Assembly: GCF_936981045.1 (NCBI RefSeq)
Contig: NZ_OW441264.1
Span: forward strand, 60,001-92,000
Source of the DNA: Candidatus Saccharimonadota bacterium
GTDB taxonomy: Bacteria > Bacteroidota > Bacteroidia > Cytophagales > Amoebophilaceae
DNA length: 32,000 bases
Reading direction: 5' to 3'
The notes under the pieces were generated by a model. It did no database searches. It saw only the letters and a program-made list of their open reading frames with translations, and was not told where the DNA came from. Position 1 is the stretch's first letter. Every line of letters starts with the position of its first letter. Below are positions 1-9,985 of the stretch, in pieces. The position numbers were made by a program, and so were the translations under genes.

Positions 1-1551
1 TGCAACTATCTACAACTGTAATACTTGCTTCTGTAGCCAATTGGTTACCTGTATGGCCTAACATATCAGGATTCGCAAAATTACAAATGATTACATCATA
101 AGCCCGTTGTTCAATCGCTTTAACCACTTGATTGGTAATGTCTAACACGCCCATCTCGGGCACTACATCATAGGTAGCTACCTTTTTAGAAGGAATAAGT
201 AAACGAGTTTCACCAGGAAAAGGCTGTTCAATACCTCCATTAAAAAAGAAAGTAACATGAGCATATTTTTCTGTTTTTGCAATACGCAGCTGCGTCAAAT
301 CTGCTTGGGCCAGACAGGCCCCTAAACCATTTTGTATAGATAGAGGCGGAAAGGCTATACGACTAACGTGAGTTCGGGATTAGATTATTTTTTCATTTGA
401 TAATCAATATTAATAAAAATTTATAAAATTTGTTTTATAGACAGTTAAATAGGTAGTTGAATAACAAATAATTCTGATAATCAGTTTATTATATATATTA
501 TATTTATAAAATTAGATATAAAAACTTATTAAATAGGTGCAAATATTAACTAAATAATTGATATTAAATTGTTGTAAATCAGTCAAATAAATCCCGAACT
601 CACGTGACTAGGAATATCAGCTGCATATGTGGTTAATGAAACGAAATCACCTAAACGGGGAAAAACTGTACGTTTAAAATGTCTAAAATCAGGATCGGTT
701 AAAGCACGACTGAGTTGTCTTACACGATCTGAACGAAAATTCATAAAAAAAACAATATCCCCTGAATCAATCGTTACAGGTGACCTACCTGGTGCATAAA
801 AATCAGTAGGTTGTATAAATTCATCGGTTTCACCGCGTGCATAAGCTGCTTGCAATCTCCTTAAAAGGGTTGAAGCGTTATAGGCTGCTTGACCAGCTAC
901 TATACAATCATAAGTCGCTTGGGTACGTTCCCAACGATGGTCTCTATCCATGGCATAATAGCGACCAGTCAGTGAAGCCACTTGACCTAATCCTATTTGC
1001 TGGCATTGCATTTGCAGTAGCTGGATGGATGTGGCTGCACTAGTCGGTAGTGTATCCCGCCCATCCAGAATGGCATGAATATAACAGCTTTTGATAGCCA
1101 CTTGCCCACACAATGCTAATAAGGCATCTATATGTTTTTCATGGCTGTGCACACCACCAAGTGACAATAGCCCTATTATATGAACGGATGCTTCCGCATG
1201 ATTTGCCTTACTTAAAGCGGATAACAATACCTTGTTCGTAAAGAAATCACCCGTTTCAATTGCCTTATTCAAACGTGTTAAGTCCTGATCCAGGACGCGA
1301 CCTTCTCCAATCGTCAAATGCCCCACTTCTGAATTGCCCATTTGACCTTCTGGTAAACCTACCGAACAACCAGATGCATCCAATAAAGTATGTGGGCAGG
1401 TCTGCATTAAATGGTTCCAATATGGGGTTTTTGCACCTGCAATAGCATTATAACGCGTTTCTGAAGAATGGCCCCAACCATCAAGGATCAATAAAACAAC
1501 AGGATGAGGTGGTTTGAATGTGCGCATAGACGCAGAAAAAAACAAAGCCAT
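1..1551 (-). pseudogene. gpmI: 2,3-bisphosphoglycerate-independent phosphoglycerate mutase, split by a 240-bp MITE; the C-terminal end runs off the window start
   Basis: ORF 583..1551 encodes the iPGM N-terminal and middle parts (LILDGWGHS, GNSEVGH, GGVHSH) and terminates at a stop inside the MITE (tail HVSSGFI*). Minus-strand translation of 1..365 continues RIAFPPLSIQNGLG..IAKTEKYAHVTFFFNGG..VATYDVVPEM..NFANPDMLGHTG. Deleting 366..610 (MITE plus one TSD copy) rejoins the two parts in frame (..DIPS|RIAFPP..). Confidence 0.85.
366..605 (+). mobile_element. MITE copy A (240 bp), IS982-type terminal inverted repeats, TSD GACTA
   Basis: Ends are ACGTGAGTTCGGGATTAG... and ...AATCCCGAACTCACGT. GACTA occurs at 361..365 and again at 606..610. 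There is no ORF and the core is very AT-rich. Confidence 0.9.
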
Positions 1552-1751
1552 TTAGGATCATGCAGCTTTCTGACAAGATTACCTAAAAACAAGCCCGCCC
1601 TTGTAAAAAACAAAGAAGACGCATAGCTGAGAAAAAAAACATCTCCCCTTTGTAAAAAGTTGCGATTAGAAAATCTAGCCCTAAAGCTGATCGGAAAATG
1701 AGCTTAATTGGGGCTTCAGGGCGGATTCTGATTTTCCAACTTTAAGGGTAT

Positions 1752-2495
1752 CTATACTAAATTTTTAAGTTTACGAATCTCTTTATCCTTCAAAAAGATC
1801 CATTTGCCACGAGGGATATGCTGCTTAGTGAGATGGGCATAACCTACTCTATCTAATTTATGGACTACATAACCCAAATGTTTAAAAACCCTTCTAATAA
1901 TTCGGTTCTTACCGATATGGATCACCACGCCTATTTGTGTTGCATCTTCTTCTACTATAGCCGCCCGATCTACCTTTGCCAGACCATCTTCTAGTACAAG
2001 ACCTTGTTGTATAGCATTTAAATGCTCAATTTGTATAGCCTTGTTCAATACTACATGATACAGCTTCTGAACCTTATTGGAAGGATGCGACAAGTTACGA
2101 GCCAAATCCCCATCATTGGTCAGCAGCAATAGCCCTGTGGTATCATAATCCAGCCGGCCAACGGGATAAATACGCTCCGCACAATACCTTTTGCTAATAA
2201 GATCTAAAACAGCTTTGCGACCTTCCGGGTCTTGCACGGTAGTAACATATCCGCTTGGCTTGTTTAAAAGTATATACCTTAGCTTTTCTGGATGCAAAGT
2301 AGCCCCTTTATAGGTAACTATTGCATCGATTGGTATTTTTGTACCTACCCTTTGTACAACTGCACCATTAACGGCGATATAACCTGACTTAATCAGTTGA
2401 TCTGCTTCCCTTCTGGCACAAACACCCGCATTACTTATAAATTTGTTTAACCGTATAAGAGACGAAAGACAAGGCTTAATAGAATGATCCTCCAT
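1752..2495 (-). CDS. pseudouridine synthase, RsuA/RluB/RluF family (S4 domain plus catalytic RLDYDTTGLLLLTNDG motif)
   Basis: 247-aa ORF with an N-terminal S4-like RLNKFISNAGVCARREAD motif and the conserved catalytic-Asp motif. Confidence 0.85.
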   Translation of the reverse strand: MEDHSIKPCLSSLIRLNKFISNAGVCARREADQLIKSGYIAVNGAVVQRVGTKIPIDAIVTYKGATLHPEKLRYILLNKPSGYVTTVQDPEGRKAVLDLISKRYCAERIYPVGRLDYDTTGLLLLTNDGDLARNLSHPSNKVQKLYHVVLNKAIQIEHLNAIQQGLVLEDGLAKVDRAAIVEEDATQIGVVIHIGKNRIIRRVFKHLGYVVHKLDRVGYAHLTKQHIPRGKWIFLKDKEIRKLKNLV

Positions 2496-2528
2496 AAGAA
2501 CATGACTAATATAACTTAGCCATTACGC

Positions 2529-2894
2529 TTATTTTTTTGTATTTAACTTTGCATCCACTGCATACATCGTATGCGGTACTACTTTCAAACGTTCCCTATC
2601 TATAACCTTACCTGTTACCACGCAAATGCCATAGGTTCCATTTTTAATGCGTTGAATGGCAAGCTCAATTTGTTTGATAAACTTTTGTTGACGCTCAGCC
2701 AATTGGCCTACATTTTCTGTCTCTATTACTTCTGCATTTTCCTCAAATGGCTTACCAGCAGATTCAAGGCCTGCCTCTTGACGACTCAAAACCTTTTCCA
2801 ATACTTGGAGTTCATGGTTGGCTTTTTCTAATTTTTCTAAAAGAATCTTTTCAAAAAACTTTAGATCTTCAGATGAGTATGCTTCCTCTGCCAT
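2529..2894 (-). CDS. DksA/TraR-family protein (Bacteroidetes type with degenerate zinc finger)
   Basis: 121-aa ORF with a coiled-coil N-terminus and a C-terminal GTYGICVVTGKVIDRERLKVVPHT motif typical of TraR/DksA C4-like proteins. Confidence 0.7.
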   Translation of the reverse strand: MAEEAYSSEDLKFFEKILLEKLEKANHELQVLEKVLSRQEAGLESAGKPFEENAEVIETENVGQLAERQQKFIKQIELAIQRIKNGTYGICVVTGKVIDRERLKVVPHTMYAVDAKLNTKK

Positions 2895-2991
2895 AACTTT
2901 TTGATCTTAATGGTAAGTAACCTACCGTAACAGCTTTAAAAATGGCTATTACATTACACTACCTTAATAATTTAAAATATTCACTTATGCT

Positions 2992-3741
2992 TTAGCGGAC
3001 GAATAGAAGTGCATCTATAGGCTGTTCCAAAGCAATTAACATTCTACCACAATGTTCGCAAAGTACTATTTTATTGCGCTCATATACGCCTATTTTTTGC
3101 TGAGGCGGAATCACTATACAACACCCACCACAGGCTCCTTTTTTAACAGGAACTACAGCCAAATTATTAGACACATTGTTTCTAATCCTTTCGTAAGCAA
3201 GATATAAAGGTTCACCTAAAACTGCTATTATAGCTTTTCTTTTTTCATGTAAGGCACACTCTTCTGCTTCACTTGATTTTAAAATTACTTGAAGTTCTTC
3301 CTTTTTTAAAACCAAATCAGCTTCTTTTGATTCTAAAAGTTTACACAACTCTTCTAAATTAGCCTGTTTATGCTCTATATTGCCATAGGCAGTATGTAGA
3401 AATTTTTCTGCAAGTTGGATATCTAATTTATGCAATTCAAGCTCTTTGGTAATGGCATCATACTCCCTATTATTACGAACTTCCATTTGCTGCGCTTCGT
3501 ACTGCTGGAACTTTTTTTCAGCTTGCTTGATAAATGATTCTTTACTGGCCACCTCCCCCCGTAGTGCAATCAATAGTGATTCACGCTCTTGTATGGTTGC
3601 AGATAAAGTTTCTATATGCGCTTCTAAGGCACATACCTCCTCTGGAAGGGTTCCCCTAAGCTTAAAGATATCATTAAGATGCGTATCAGTTTCCTGCAGT
3701 TCAGAGAGTTTTGTTAATTTAATTGCAATATCTTTATCCAT
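2992..3741 (-). CDS. COG1579/DUF164-type coiled-coil zinc-ribbon protein
   Basis: 249-aa ORF with a long coiled coil followed by CGGC..(N)..CEHCGR. It lies immediately downstream of a NIF3 gene, which is a widely conserved gene pair. Confidence 0.75.
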   Translation of the reverse strand: MDKDIAIKLTKLSELQETDTHLNDIFKLRGTLPEEVCALEAHIETLSATIQERESLLIALRGEVASKESFIKQAEKKFQQYEAQQMEVRNNREYDAITKELELHKLDIQLAEKFLHTAYGNIEHKQANLEELCKLLESKEADLVLKKEELQVILKSSEAEECALHEKRKAIIAVLGEPLYLAYERIRNNVSNNLAVVPVKKGACGGCCIVIPPQQKIGVYERNKIVLCEHCGRMLIALEQPIDALLFVR

Positions 3742-3744
3742 TAG

Positions 3745-4887
3745 TTAGTCGTTAATATGATGAACAGGATTGGTAATAGTCTTACAGCGCAGTATTACAA
3801 TATTATTAAATTCTTTTGATAATAGTACAAGTATTAGGTTTTTTAGACCTAATCGAACAGCATGATAGCCTATATCAATCAGTAATGTTTTACCATCAGC
3901 TTCTAAAAATTGCTCATATTGTAAACCTGTTGTAATAAACGCATCTATCTTTTTACTGAGTACTTCCTTGAGCAACCAACCACCACTTCCAGCGTAAACG
4001 GCCACGTTTTTGATAGGTCGGTCGAAATAATTTGTGTGTTGAAGATAGGATAAAGCTAATTTTGTTTTGATATACTTTAAAAAATATTTTCCTGGCAACT
4101 CTATGGGTAAAGTACCTACTACACCACTGCCCACATTGTTTACAACTACTTCCGCCTGTTCTAGATAATAGGTAACCTTTTCATAAGGATGTACCTGCAA
4201 TAAAGTTTGAACGATTCTTTCCCTACAAAGCGTAGGTAATATAAAATTAAGCTGGCTTTCTTGTGAAAATTCTAATCTTGACCCAGTAGGAAAATGTGGT
4301 AAAGATTCTGATCCTGCTCCATAATGAACATTAAGAGCTACACCAGTTAGCTTTTGCGTGGCCAACACAGCTCCTACTTGACATAAAGATTGAACCAAAT
4401 GTTTTTCTGCATGAGGTGGAACAAAAGTAGTAAGCCTATACAGTATTGCTTTGTGAGGAATAATGGGGTAGATCTCTTGTAACTCAATCAAATTAGCGAT
4501 TCTATGGCTAGCCCCCCGACCCAGATGATCTAAATTGGTATTTAAAACGTAAATAGTAAGCTCATGTTTTATCGCTTTGATTACACATTTGCCAGCATAA
4601 CTTTCTGGAATGATTTTCGCCAATGGTTCAATAAAAATAGGCTGATTTACAATTATAAAATTACATTCTTTTTCAATAGCTTCATCCAATACTGCTTCTG
4701 TTATATCCAAAGCAATCAATATTCCAGTCACTATATTACCTATATCACCAACTACAATGCCAGATGTGGCTACACCATTCTGGCTTGGCAACTGCACTTT
4801 TTGCTCTAAGTAGTTTATAACATCGGATATAGCAACAGCAGTATTACTATAACTTGGCGCTTCTTTTACGGTCATCGTGATGGTCAA
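3745..4887 (-). CDS. NIF3 (YqfO/YbgI) family dinuclear-metal-centre protein
   Basis: 380-aa ORF with a NIF3-like N-terminal region (GDIGN..ALDITE, FIIVNQP) and C-terminal AVYAGSGG. The 4-bp gap to the downstream zinc-ribbon gene suggests an operon. Confidence 0.75.
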   Translation of the reverse strand: MTITMTVKEAPSYSNTAVAISDVINYLEQKVQLPSQNGVATSGIVVGDIGNIVTGILIALDITEAVLDEAIEKECNFIIVNQPIFIEPLAKIIPESYAGKCVIKAIKHELTIYVLNTNLDHLGRGASHRIANLIELQEIYPIIPHKAILYRLTTFVPPHAEKHLVQSLCQVGAVLATQKLTGVALNVHYGAGSESLPHFPTGSRLEFSQESQLNFILPTLCRERIVQTLLQVHPYEKVTYYLEQAEVVVNNVGSGVVGTLPIELPGKYFLKYIKTKLALSYLQHTNYFDRPIKNVAVYAGSGGWLLKEVLSKKIDAFITTGLQYEQFLEADGKTLLIDIGYHAVRLGLKNLILVLLSKEFNNIVILRCKTITNPVHHIND

Positions 4888-5009
4888 TATACAAAGTATG
4901 CAATATATAGGCTAATCAGCTAGATCTACACTATATTGGAGTGAATATAAGAAATTTATCATTACTTGTGTAATACAGTCAGTATATTTTTAATTAGAAG
5001 ATAGAGTTT

Positions 5010-6062
5010 ATGTTTTCGCTATGGCTACAAGTATTGAGTTGGGGGTATGGTGGGGTGGTCGCCTTACGTAATTTTCTCTACAAGAAAAAAATTAAAAGAA
5101 GTTTTTTTTACAAAAAACCAAAAGTGATTGGTGTAGGCAATCTCTCATTAGGTGGTACTGGTAAAACACCTTTAGTGCGCTATTTGGTCCAATTGCTTTC
5201 TAAGCACCACGTTATAGCGGTTCTTAGCAGAGGATATAAGCGCACATCAATAGGTTTTAAAGTAATCGATGCGCTAGAATCTGCTTTAACAGTAGGTGAT
5301 GAGCCTTACCTTTTTTATAAACATTTTGTACACAATCCTAATGTGACGATTGCAGTTTGCGAAAATAGGTCTAAAGGGGTAGCAAAAATTATGGAATATA
5401 GGCCCAACATCGAGGTAATTCTTTTAGATGATGCGTTTCAACATCTTAGCCTGACGCCTCATTTAAATATTTTATTGACCACCTTTCATCAGCCTTTTTT
5501 TAAAGACCATCTCTTACCATTAGGCCGATTGCGTGAGCCACGTAAAGGGGCATCACGTGCTGATATAGTATTGGTAACCAAAAGCCCACCAAACTTAACC
5601 CAATCAAAAATGGATACAATAAAAGCAGCCATACAAAAATACCGTACCACAGAAATACCGATTTTTTTTACACATATTACCTACCATAACCCTATCGCGA
5701 TGGGAGACGGCAAACAGATTAGATTGCCTACTGTACTATTGCTGGTTACAGGTATTGCAGATCCCCTACCCTTACGAATCTATTTAGAAAAAAATGGACA
5801 CAAGGTTACACACCTGATTTTCCAAGACCATCACTGGTTCAATGATGCTGATATAATCAATATCATCCGTCTATTTGATAGATTAAGTGATCCAGATAAA
5901 GCCATTGTTACAACAGAAAAAGATTATGTAAGATTAATAGGCCATCATTGGAGCAAGCTATTATTCCCATTATCTATATTTTATATTCCCATGGAGATCG
6001 GATTTGCACAAGAAGCGCAAGAAGTTTTTGAGAAAAAAATTATGGACACTGTACTTTTTTAG
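5010..6062 (+). CDS. lpxK: tetraacyldisaccharide 4'-kinase
   Basis: 350-aa ORF with the P-loop motif VIGVGNLSLGGTGKTP and then VLSRGYKR, which is typical of LpxK. Confidence 0.85.
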   Translation: MFSLWLQVLSWGYGGVVALRNFLYKKKIKRSFFYKKPKVIGVGNLSLGGTGKTPLVRYLVQLLSKHHVIAVLSRGYKRTSIGFKVIDALESALTVGDEPYLFYKHFVHNPNVTIAVCENRSKGVAKIMEYRPNIEVILLDDAFQHLSLTPHLNILLTTFHQPFFKDHLLPLGRLREPRKGASRADIVLVTKSPPNLTQSKMDTIKAAIQKYRTTEIPIFFTHITYHNPIAMGDGKQIRLPTVLLLVTGIADPLPLRIYLEKNGHKVTHLIFQDHHWFNDADIINIIRLFDRLSDPDKAIVTTEKDYVRLIGHHWSKLLFPLSIFYIPMEIGFAQEAQEVFEKKIMDTVLF

Positions 6063-6192
6063 CATGATATACACAACTCATTTCTACAAAATTTATTATA
6101 CTTTACAAAATAGTTTGGATTTGCTAAGGGTGTCACCCTTAAGTTGACGCCATTCCTTGAACGGATAGACAATTTTTAAGTAGTAAATCATA

Positions 6193-8205
6193 ATGGTAGA
6201 TCTTTCAATTTGGTGGCGATATAGTTTGTTTTTTTTAGCTTTTGGCCTACCACTTAGCACTTATGGAAAGGCAAACGCAGAAGATATCTTTGAAAAACCT
6301 CAAGGAGAAAAAGTTGAAGCAACTTCTACCTTTTTTATAACACCACGAGATGTAAAGCAAAATTACAGAAAGTATCATCGGATAGATCACTCTATAACCA
6401 AAATGGACCGTTTTACGATGGCAGAAAGGCATAACTACAACTTTCAAGATCTTGGTAATCACTGGACAGCTGCTCAACACATCTTTTATAGGTTACCCCA
6501 ACATATAGGTGCAACCTATGGGCTCTCTGCCTATGATTTTTACTTCCAGCAACCCCAAGATATACGTTACTACTATACACACAAAGCATATGCATATTTT
6601 AATATTGTACTAGCCAATTTGGGTAGTTTTGTATTTAATGGCTGTTATACCCAACGACTGCTTGAAAACTGGCATATAGGCACCCATTGGTATGGTGCCA
6701 TGACAGAAAAAGAATGGCCGTCGCATAACAAAGATGATAAAATTGTTAACGCCTTCCCCTCTTTTGACATTTTTACGCATATCAAAAGCTCAGATGGGTC
6801 CTATCATCTATTCACAAGTTGGTCTAATATGCAGTATGTGACTAGAGAGACGGGTGGCGTACGTTTCCATAACAATAACAAAGAATTTGCATTTAAGGTA
6901 CAAGATCCAAGTCAGCGTTACAAATCTTCTTTTCCACTATTAGAAGAAGAACACATGAAAAACAAAATTGACAAAGAAAAGCAAGTCATGCATAAAGACC
7001 TTAGACGTCATTTCTACCTCTACCACCATTATGAGTTTAGCAAACCGCTACAATTATACCATGAACTGGATTACAATCGCAAAGCTAATATATGCACCAT
7101 TGAAAAACCAGATGAGGAATTACTGAGATTTATATCTGATCCACGGTATAAAGCGCATAACAAGGAGGATAACAGCGTTGTAATGAAATCCTTTGGTAAT
7201 GAAATAGGCATTAAAAGAGCTATAGAACACCCTCATCTATTCTATGCAGCCTATTATAGGCTTGAAGCTATTGATTTAAACTATGATTTCTCTAAGCTTG
7301 AAACCCTACCATACAATCGTCTTTTAAAGGCGCAAAAAGAAGAAAAAGAACAATACCTAGGTGGTTATACGCGATGGTACTTTGCAAAGCATAGTAAGCT
7401 TCATTTAGATGGAGCCTATCTATTGCAGAAAGGAGGTTATCATAAATTAAATGTAGCTTACCAACAAAAATTTTTTAAGGTTTCCTGCCATACTATTAAG
7501 CACAAAACGCCTTATATAGTAACCTATGGTTATAGCAGACACAGGCCATGGAACAAAAATTTTGTAACACCATCCACACGTGCAATAGATGCAGAAGTAT
7601 GGTATAACTGGTCTCACATAGCCATTCATCCTATCCTATCCTTTAAAAAGCTAAATAACCATATTTACTACAAGAAAGCCGTTCGAACGGATAACGATGA
7701 CCATTGTATAGCTGAGCCTATGCAAGCTAAGACGCCTATTTACCTGCTTTATTTAGAAGGCAATGTAAATTTTTGCTTTTTCTCTTATTTCCATTTTGAT
7801 CATAACCTTACTTTAATACTAAAGGAAAGCAACAAAGGGGGCAAAATTTTTACAGGCTATGTCCCTCCCTATATGTATACAGGCCGATATTATTTTGCAC
7901 ACCAACCTTATGATAAAAATATGGATATAGAAACGGGTCTAAATATACATTTTAAAGACCTTTACTATGGAGATGGTTACGATGTAATAGCACAGCAATT
8001 TTACCGCCAAAACAAATTCGCTGTACAAGGCAGACCAATTGTTGACGTTTTTTGTAATGTGCGCATCAATCATTTAAAGCTTTCTTTGAAATGGAGCTAT
8101 ATCAATGAATATTTTAATAAGCCAAGAGGCTACTTTGCTACACCATTTTATCCTAGCCCCAAAAAAGCAGCTGATATTGGTATACAGTGGTCCTTCTTTG
8201 ACTAA
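6193..8205 (+). CDS. hypothetical secreted or outer-membrane protein (possible beta-barrel / putative-porin-like)
   Basis: 670-aa ORF with an N-terminal signal-like segment (LFFLAFGLPLSTYGKANA), an aromatic-rich composition (Y/F/W/H) and an aromatic C-terminus (..IGIQWSFFD). I recognise no enzyme motif. Confidence 0.6.
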   Translation: MVDLSIWWRYSLFFLAFGLPLSTYGKANAEDIFEKPQGEKVEATSTFFITPRDVKQNYRKYHRIDHSITKMDRFTMAERHNYNFQDLGNHWTAAQHIFYRLPQHIGATYGLSAYDFYFQQPQDIRYYYTHKAYAYFNIVLANLGSFVFNGCYTQRLLENWHIGTHWYGAMTEKEWPSHNKDDKIVNAFPSFDIFTHIKSSDGSYHLFTSWSNMQYVTRETGGVRFHNNNKEFAFKVQDPSQRYKSSFPLLEEEHMKNKIDKEKQVMHKDLRRHFYLYHHYEFSKPLQLYHELDYNRKANICTIEKPDEELLRFISDPRYKAHNKEDNSVVMKSFGNEIGIKRAIEHPHLFYAAYYRLEAIDLNYDFSKLETLPYNRLLKAQKEEKEQYLGGYTRWYFAKHSKLHLDGAYLLQKGGYHKLNVAYQQKFFKVSCHTIKHKTPYIVTYGYSRHRPWNKNFVTPSTRAIDAEVWYNWSHIAIHPILSFKKLNNHIYYKKAVRTDNDDHCIAEPMQAKTPIYLLYLEGNVNFCFFSYFHFDHNLTLILKESNKGGKIFTGYVPPYMYTGRYYFAHQPYDKNMDIETGLNIHFKDLYYGDGYDVIAQQFYRQNKFAVQGRPIVDVFCNVRINHLKLSLKWSYINEYFNKPRGYFATPFYPSPKKAADIGIQWSFFD

Positions 8206-8320
8206 TAAAACAGCCCTATGCGTTTGCTGACCAATAGATACCCAATCATGTAACATCTTTTGAAAAATTCCTTGCAACTGCGTACCTTAGCACAGTGAAA
8301 TAGTTGCATCTAACTGCTTA

Positions 8321-8562
8321 ATGTGAGTTCAGGATTTATTTGACTGATTTACAAAAATTTAATATCAATTATTTAGTTAATATTTGCACCTATTTAACAA
8401 GTTTTTATATCTAATTTTATAAATATAATATATACAATAAACTGATTATCAAAATTATTTGTTATTCAACTACCTATTTAACTGTCTATAAAACAAATTT
8501 TATAAATTTTTATTAATATTGATTATAAAATTGAAAAATATAATCTAATCCCGAACTCACGT
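8321..8562 (-). mobile_element. MITE copy B (242 bp, the most diverged copy), TSD GCTTA
   Basis: Ends are ATGTGAGTTCAGGATTT... and ...TAATCCCGAACTCACGT. GCTTA occurs at 8316..8320 and 8563..8567. Confidence 0.9.
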
Positions 8563-8617
8563 GCTTATGTTGCATTTTAAATTATTTAGATTATTGTATT
8601 CCATTCTGAGCCAGCCG

Positions 8618-9616
8618 ATGCGTGCAAAAAAGGCATCTTGGGTGTTATATCTACTGGGTTTTATCGCGCCTTTTAGCGCCCGTTCTACGCCACAAGAAAC
8701 TGGGGATTGTATCATGGAACATATAGCAGATGCCCATAGCTGGCATTTTGCAACCATTGCTGGGAAACATATTGAACTACCATTACCCATTATACTTTAT
8801 TCTTCAGATAAAGGTATAGAGTGTTTTTCCTCTGCTCGTTTTTATGATCAGAACCACCGGCCTACGTCCTATCGTGGCTATCTCCTTTTGTATCAAAAAA
8901 TTCATTGTTTAGATCCAAGTAGATCGGTCTTAGACCTATCGATTACTAAAAATATAGCGGCCATGTTTTTAAGCATCATACTACTAGTAAGCGGGCTGCT
9001 ATGGATGACAAGCAAGTATCGGCGCGCCCCACTTGCTCCACCCAAAGGATGCTGTGCACTTGTAGATCTTATCATATCGTTTATAAAAAATGAAATAGCC
9101 ATTCCTAATATAGGCAAGCAACACTATGCAAGCTTTCTTCCCTATCTATTAACCATTTTTTGCTTTATATGGCTCAATAATCTTTTAGGGCTTCTACCAG
9201 GTGGTGCCAATGTAACAGGAAATATTTCAATCACCTTAGTACTAGCTGCTTTTACCATTCTTACTACTATTTTTAATGGCAACAAACACTATTGGCGCCA
9301 TATATTTAAGCCAGAAGGCGTGCCCAGTTGGTTATTGCCTATTGTGATTCCAGTAGAAATGTTGGGCATTCTAACTAAGTTTTTCTCCCTAATGGTTCGG
9401 TTGTTTGCCAATATTACAGCAGGCCATATTATCTTATTAAGTATTATAGGAATTATTTTTAGCATGAAAAGTGCATGCATCGGCTTGGTCGTCAGTGTAC
9501 CACTTGGAACTTTTATGTTCCTACTAAAACTACTCGTTGCATTTTTGCAAGCCTATGTGTTTACACTACTTTCTGCTATTTATTTTGGGCAAACTGTTGA
9601 TGAAGGAACCCATTAA
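8618..9616 (+). CDS. atpB: F0F1 ATP synthase subunit a
   Basis: Multi-pass membrane ORF with the conserved LFANITAGH motif. The ORF stays open back to 8561 (a GTG inside the MITE), with an in-frame ATG at 8567. I prefer 8618 (MRAKKASWVLYLLGF, signal-like), but 8567 is possible. Confidence 0.85.
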   Translation: MRAKKASWVLYLLGFIAPFSARSTPQETGDCIMEHIADAHSWHFATIAGKHIELPLPIILYSSDKGIECFSSARFYDQNHRPTSYRGYLLLYQKIHCLDPSRSVLDLSITKNIAAMFLSIILLVSGLLWMTSKYRRAPLAPPKGCCALVDLIISFIKNEIAIPNIGKQHYASFLPYLLTIFCFIWLNNLLGLLPGGANVTGNISITLVLAAFTILTTIFNGNKHYWRHIFKPEGVPSWLLPIVIPVEMLGILTKFFSLMVRLFANITAGHIILLSIIGIIFSMKSACIGLVVSVPLGTFMFLLKLLVAFLQAYVFTLLSAIYFGQTVDEGTH

Positions 9617-9985
9617 TATGGTTATAACCTCAGTTCGGGATTAGACGTATTGTGAACCAGTCATATATATATTAGTTATAGAAGGTTTTTTCTCTTTTAG
9701 TGCATAAGCTATAATTCCAGTTATCAAATTGACTAGAAAATTAGGTATGCTTCTATGCCTGGAATGTTCTATCTGGCTAATATTTTTGAGCTGATCTATA
9801 ATAGTTTCAATTATAGATCGTTTTCTAAGCATCAGTTTATCCCAGAGTGGCATAAAAGCATTTTTCATATTTTTTCTGATCTGGGTAATGAGTTCCACGC
9901 CTTTCTCGATCAGTTTTTCAAATAAATCTTTGCTTATGTAACCTTTATCGGCAAACATTTTACCCATCAAGTGTTTACATAAATT

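Noticed and set aside
1-1551. I asked whether gpmI could be a functional split gene, with two separately translated halves.
   Set aside because: The upstream part ends in a stop inside the MITE after seven MITE-encoded residues. The downstream part has no obvious start codon or promoter at its beginning. The iPGM catalytic site needs both domains in one chain, so a pseudogene is the conservative call.
1552-1751. This intergenic region has two similar CCYTTGTAAAAA boxes and a G+C-rich patch (GGGGCTTCAGGGCGG), considered as a possible small RNA or riboswitch.
   Set aside because: I recognise no conserved fold or known motif. The repeats are short (about 12 nt) and could be chance in AT-rich DNA.
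6124-6143. This is the palindrome TAAGGGTG-T-CACCCTTA, 60 nt after lpxK, considered as a possible intrinsic terminator.
   Set aside because: The stem is real (about 7 bp with a 3-nt loop), but no U-tract follows it. I cannot distinguish a terminator from a chance palindrome, so I left it unannotated.
8561-8617. I considered the GTG at 8561 as the atpB start, which is the longest ORF in the track.
   Set aside because: The GTG lies inside the MITE terminal repeat, so the extension is created by the insertion. The ATG at 8567 or 8618 is more plausible.
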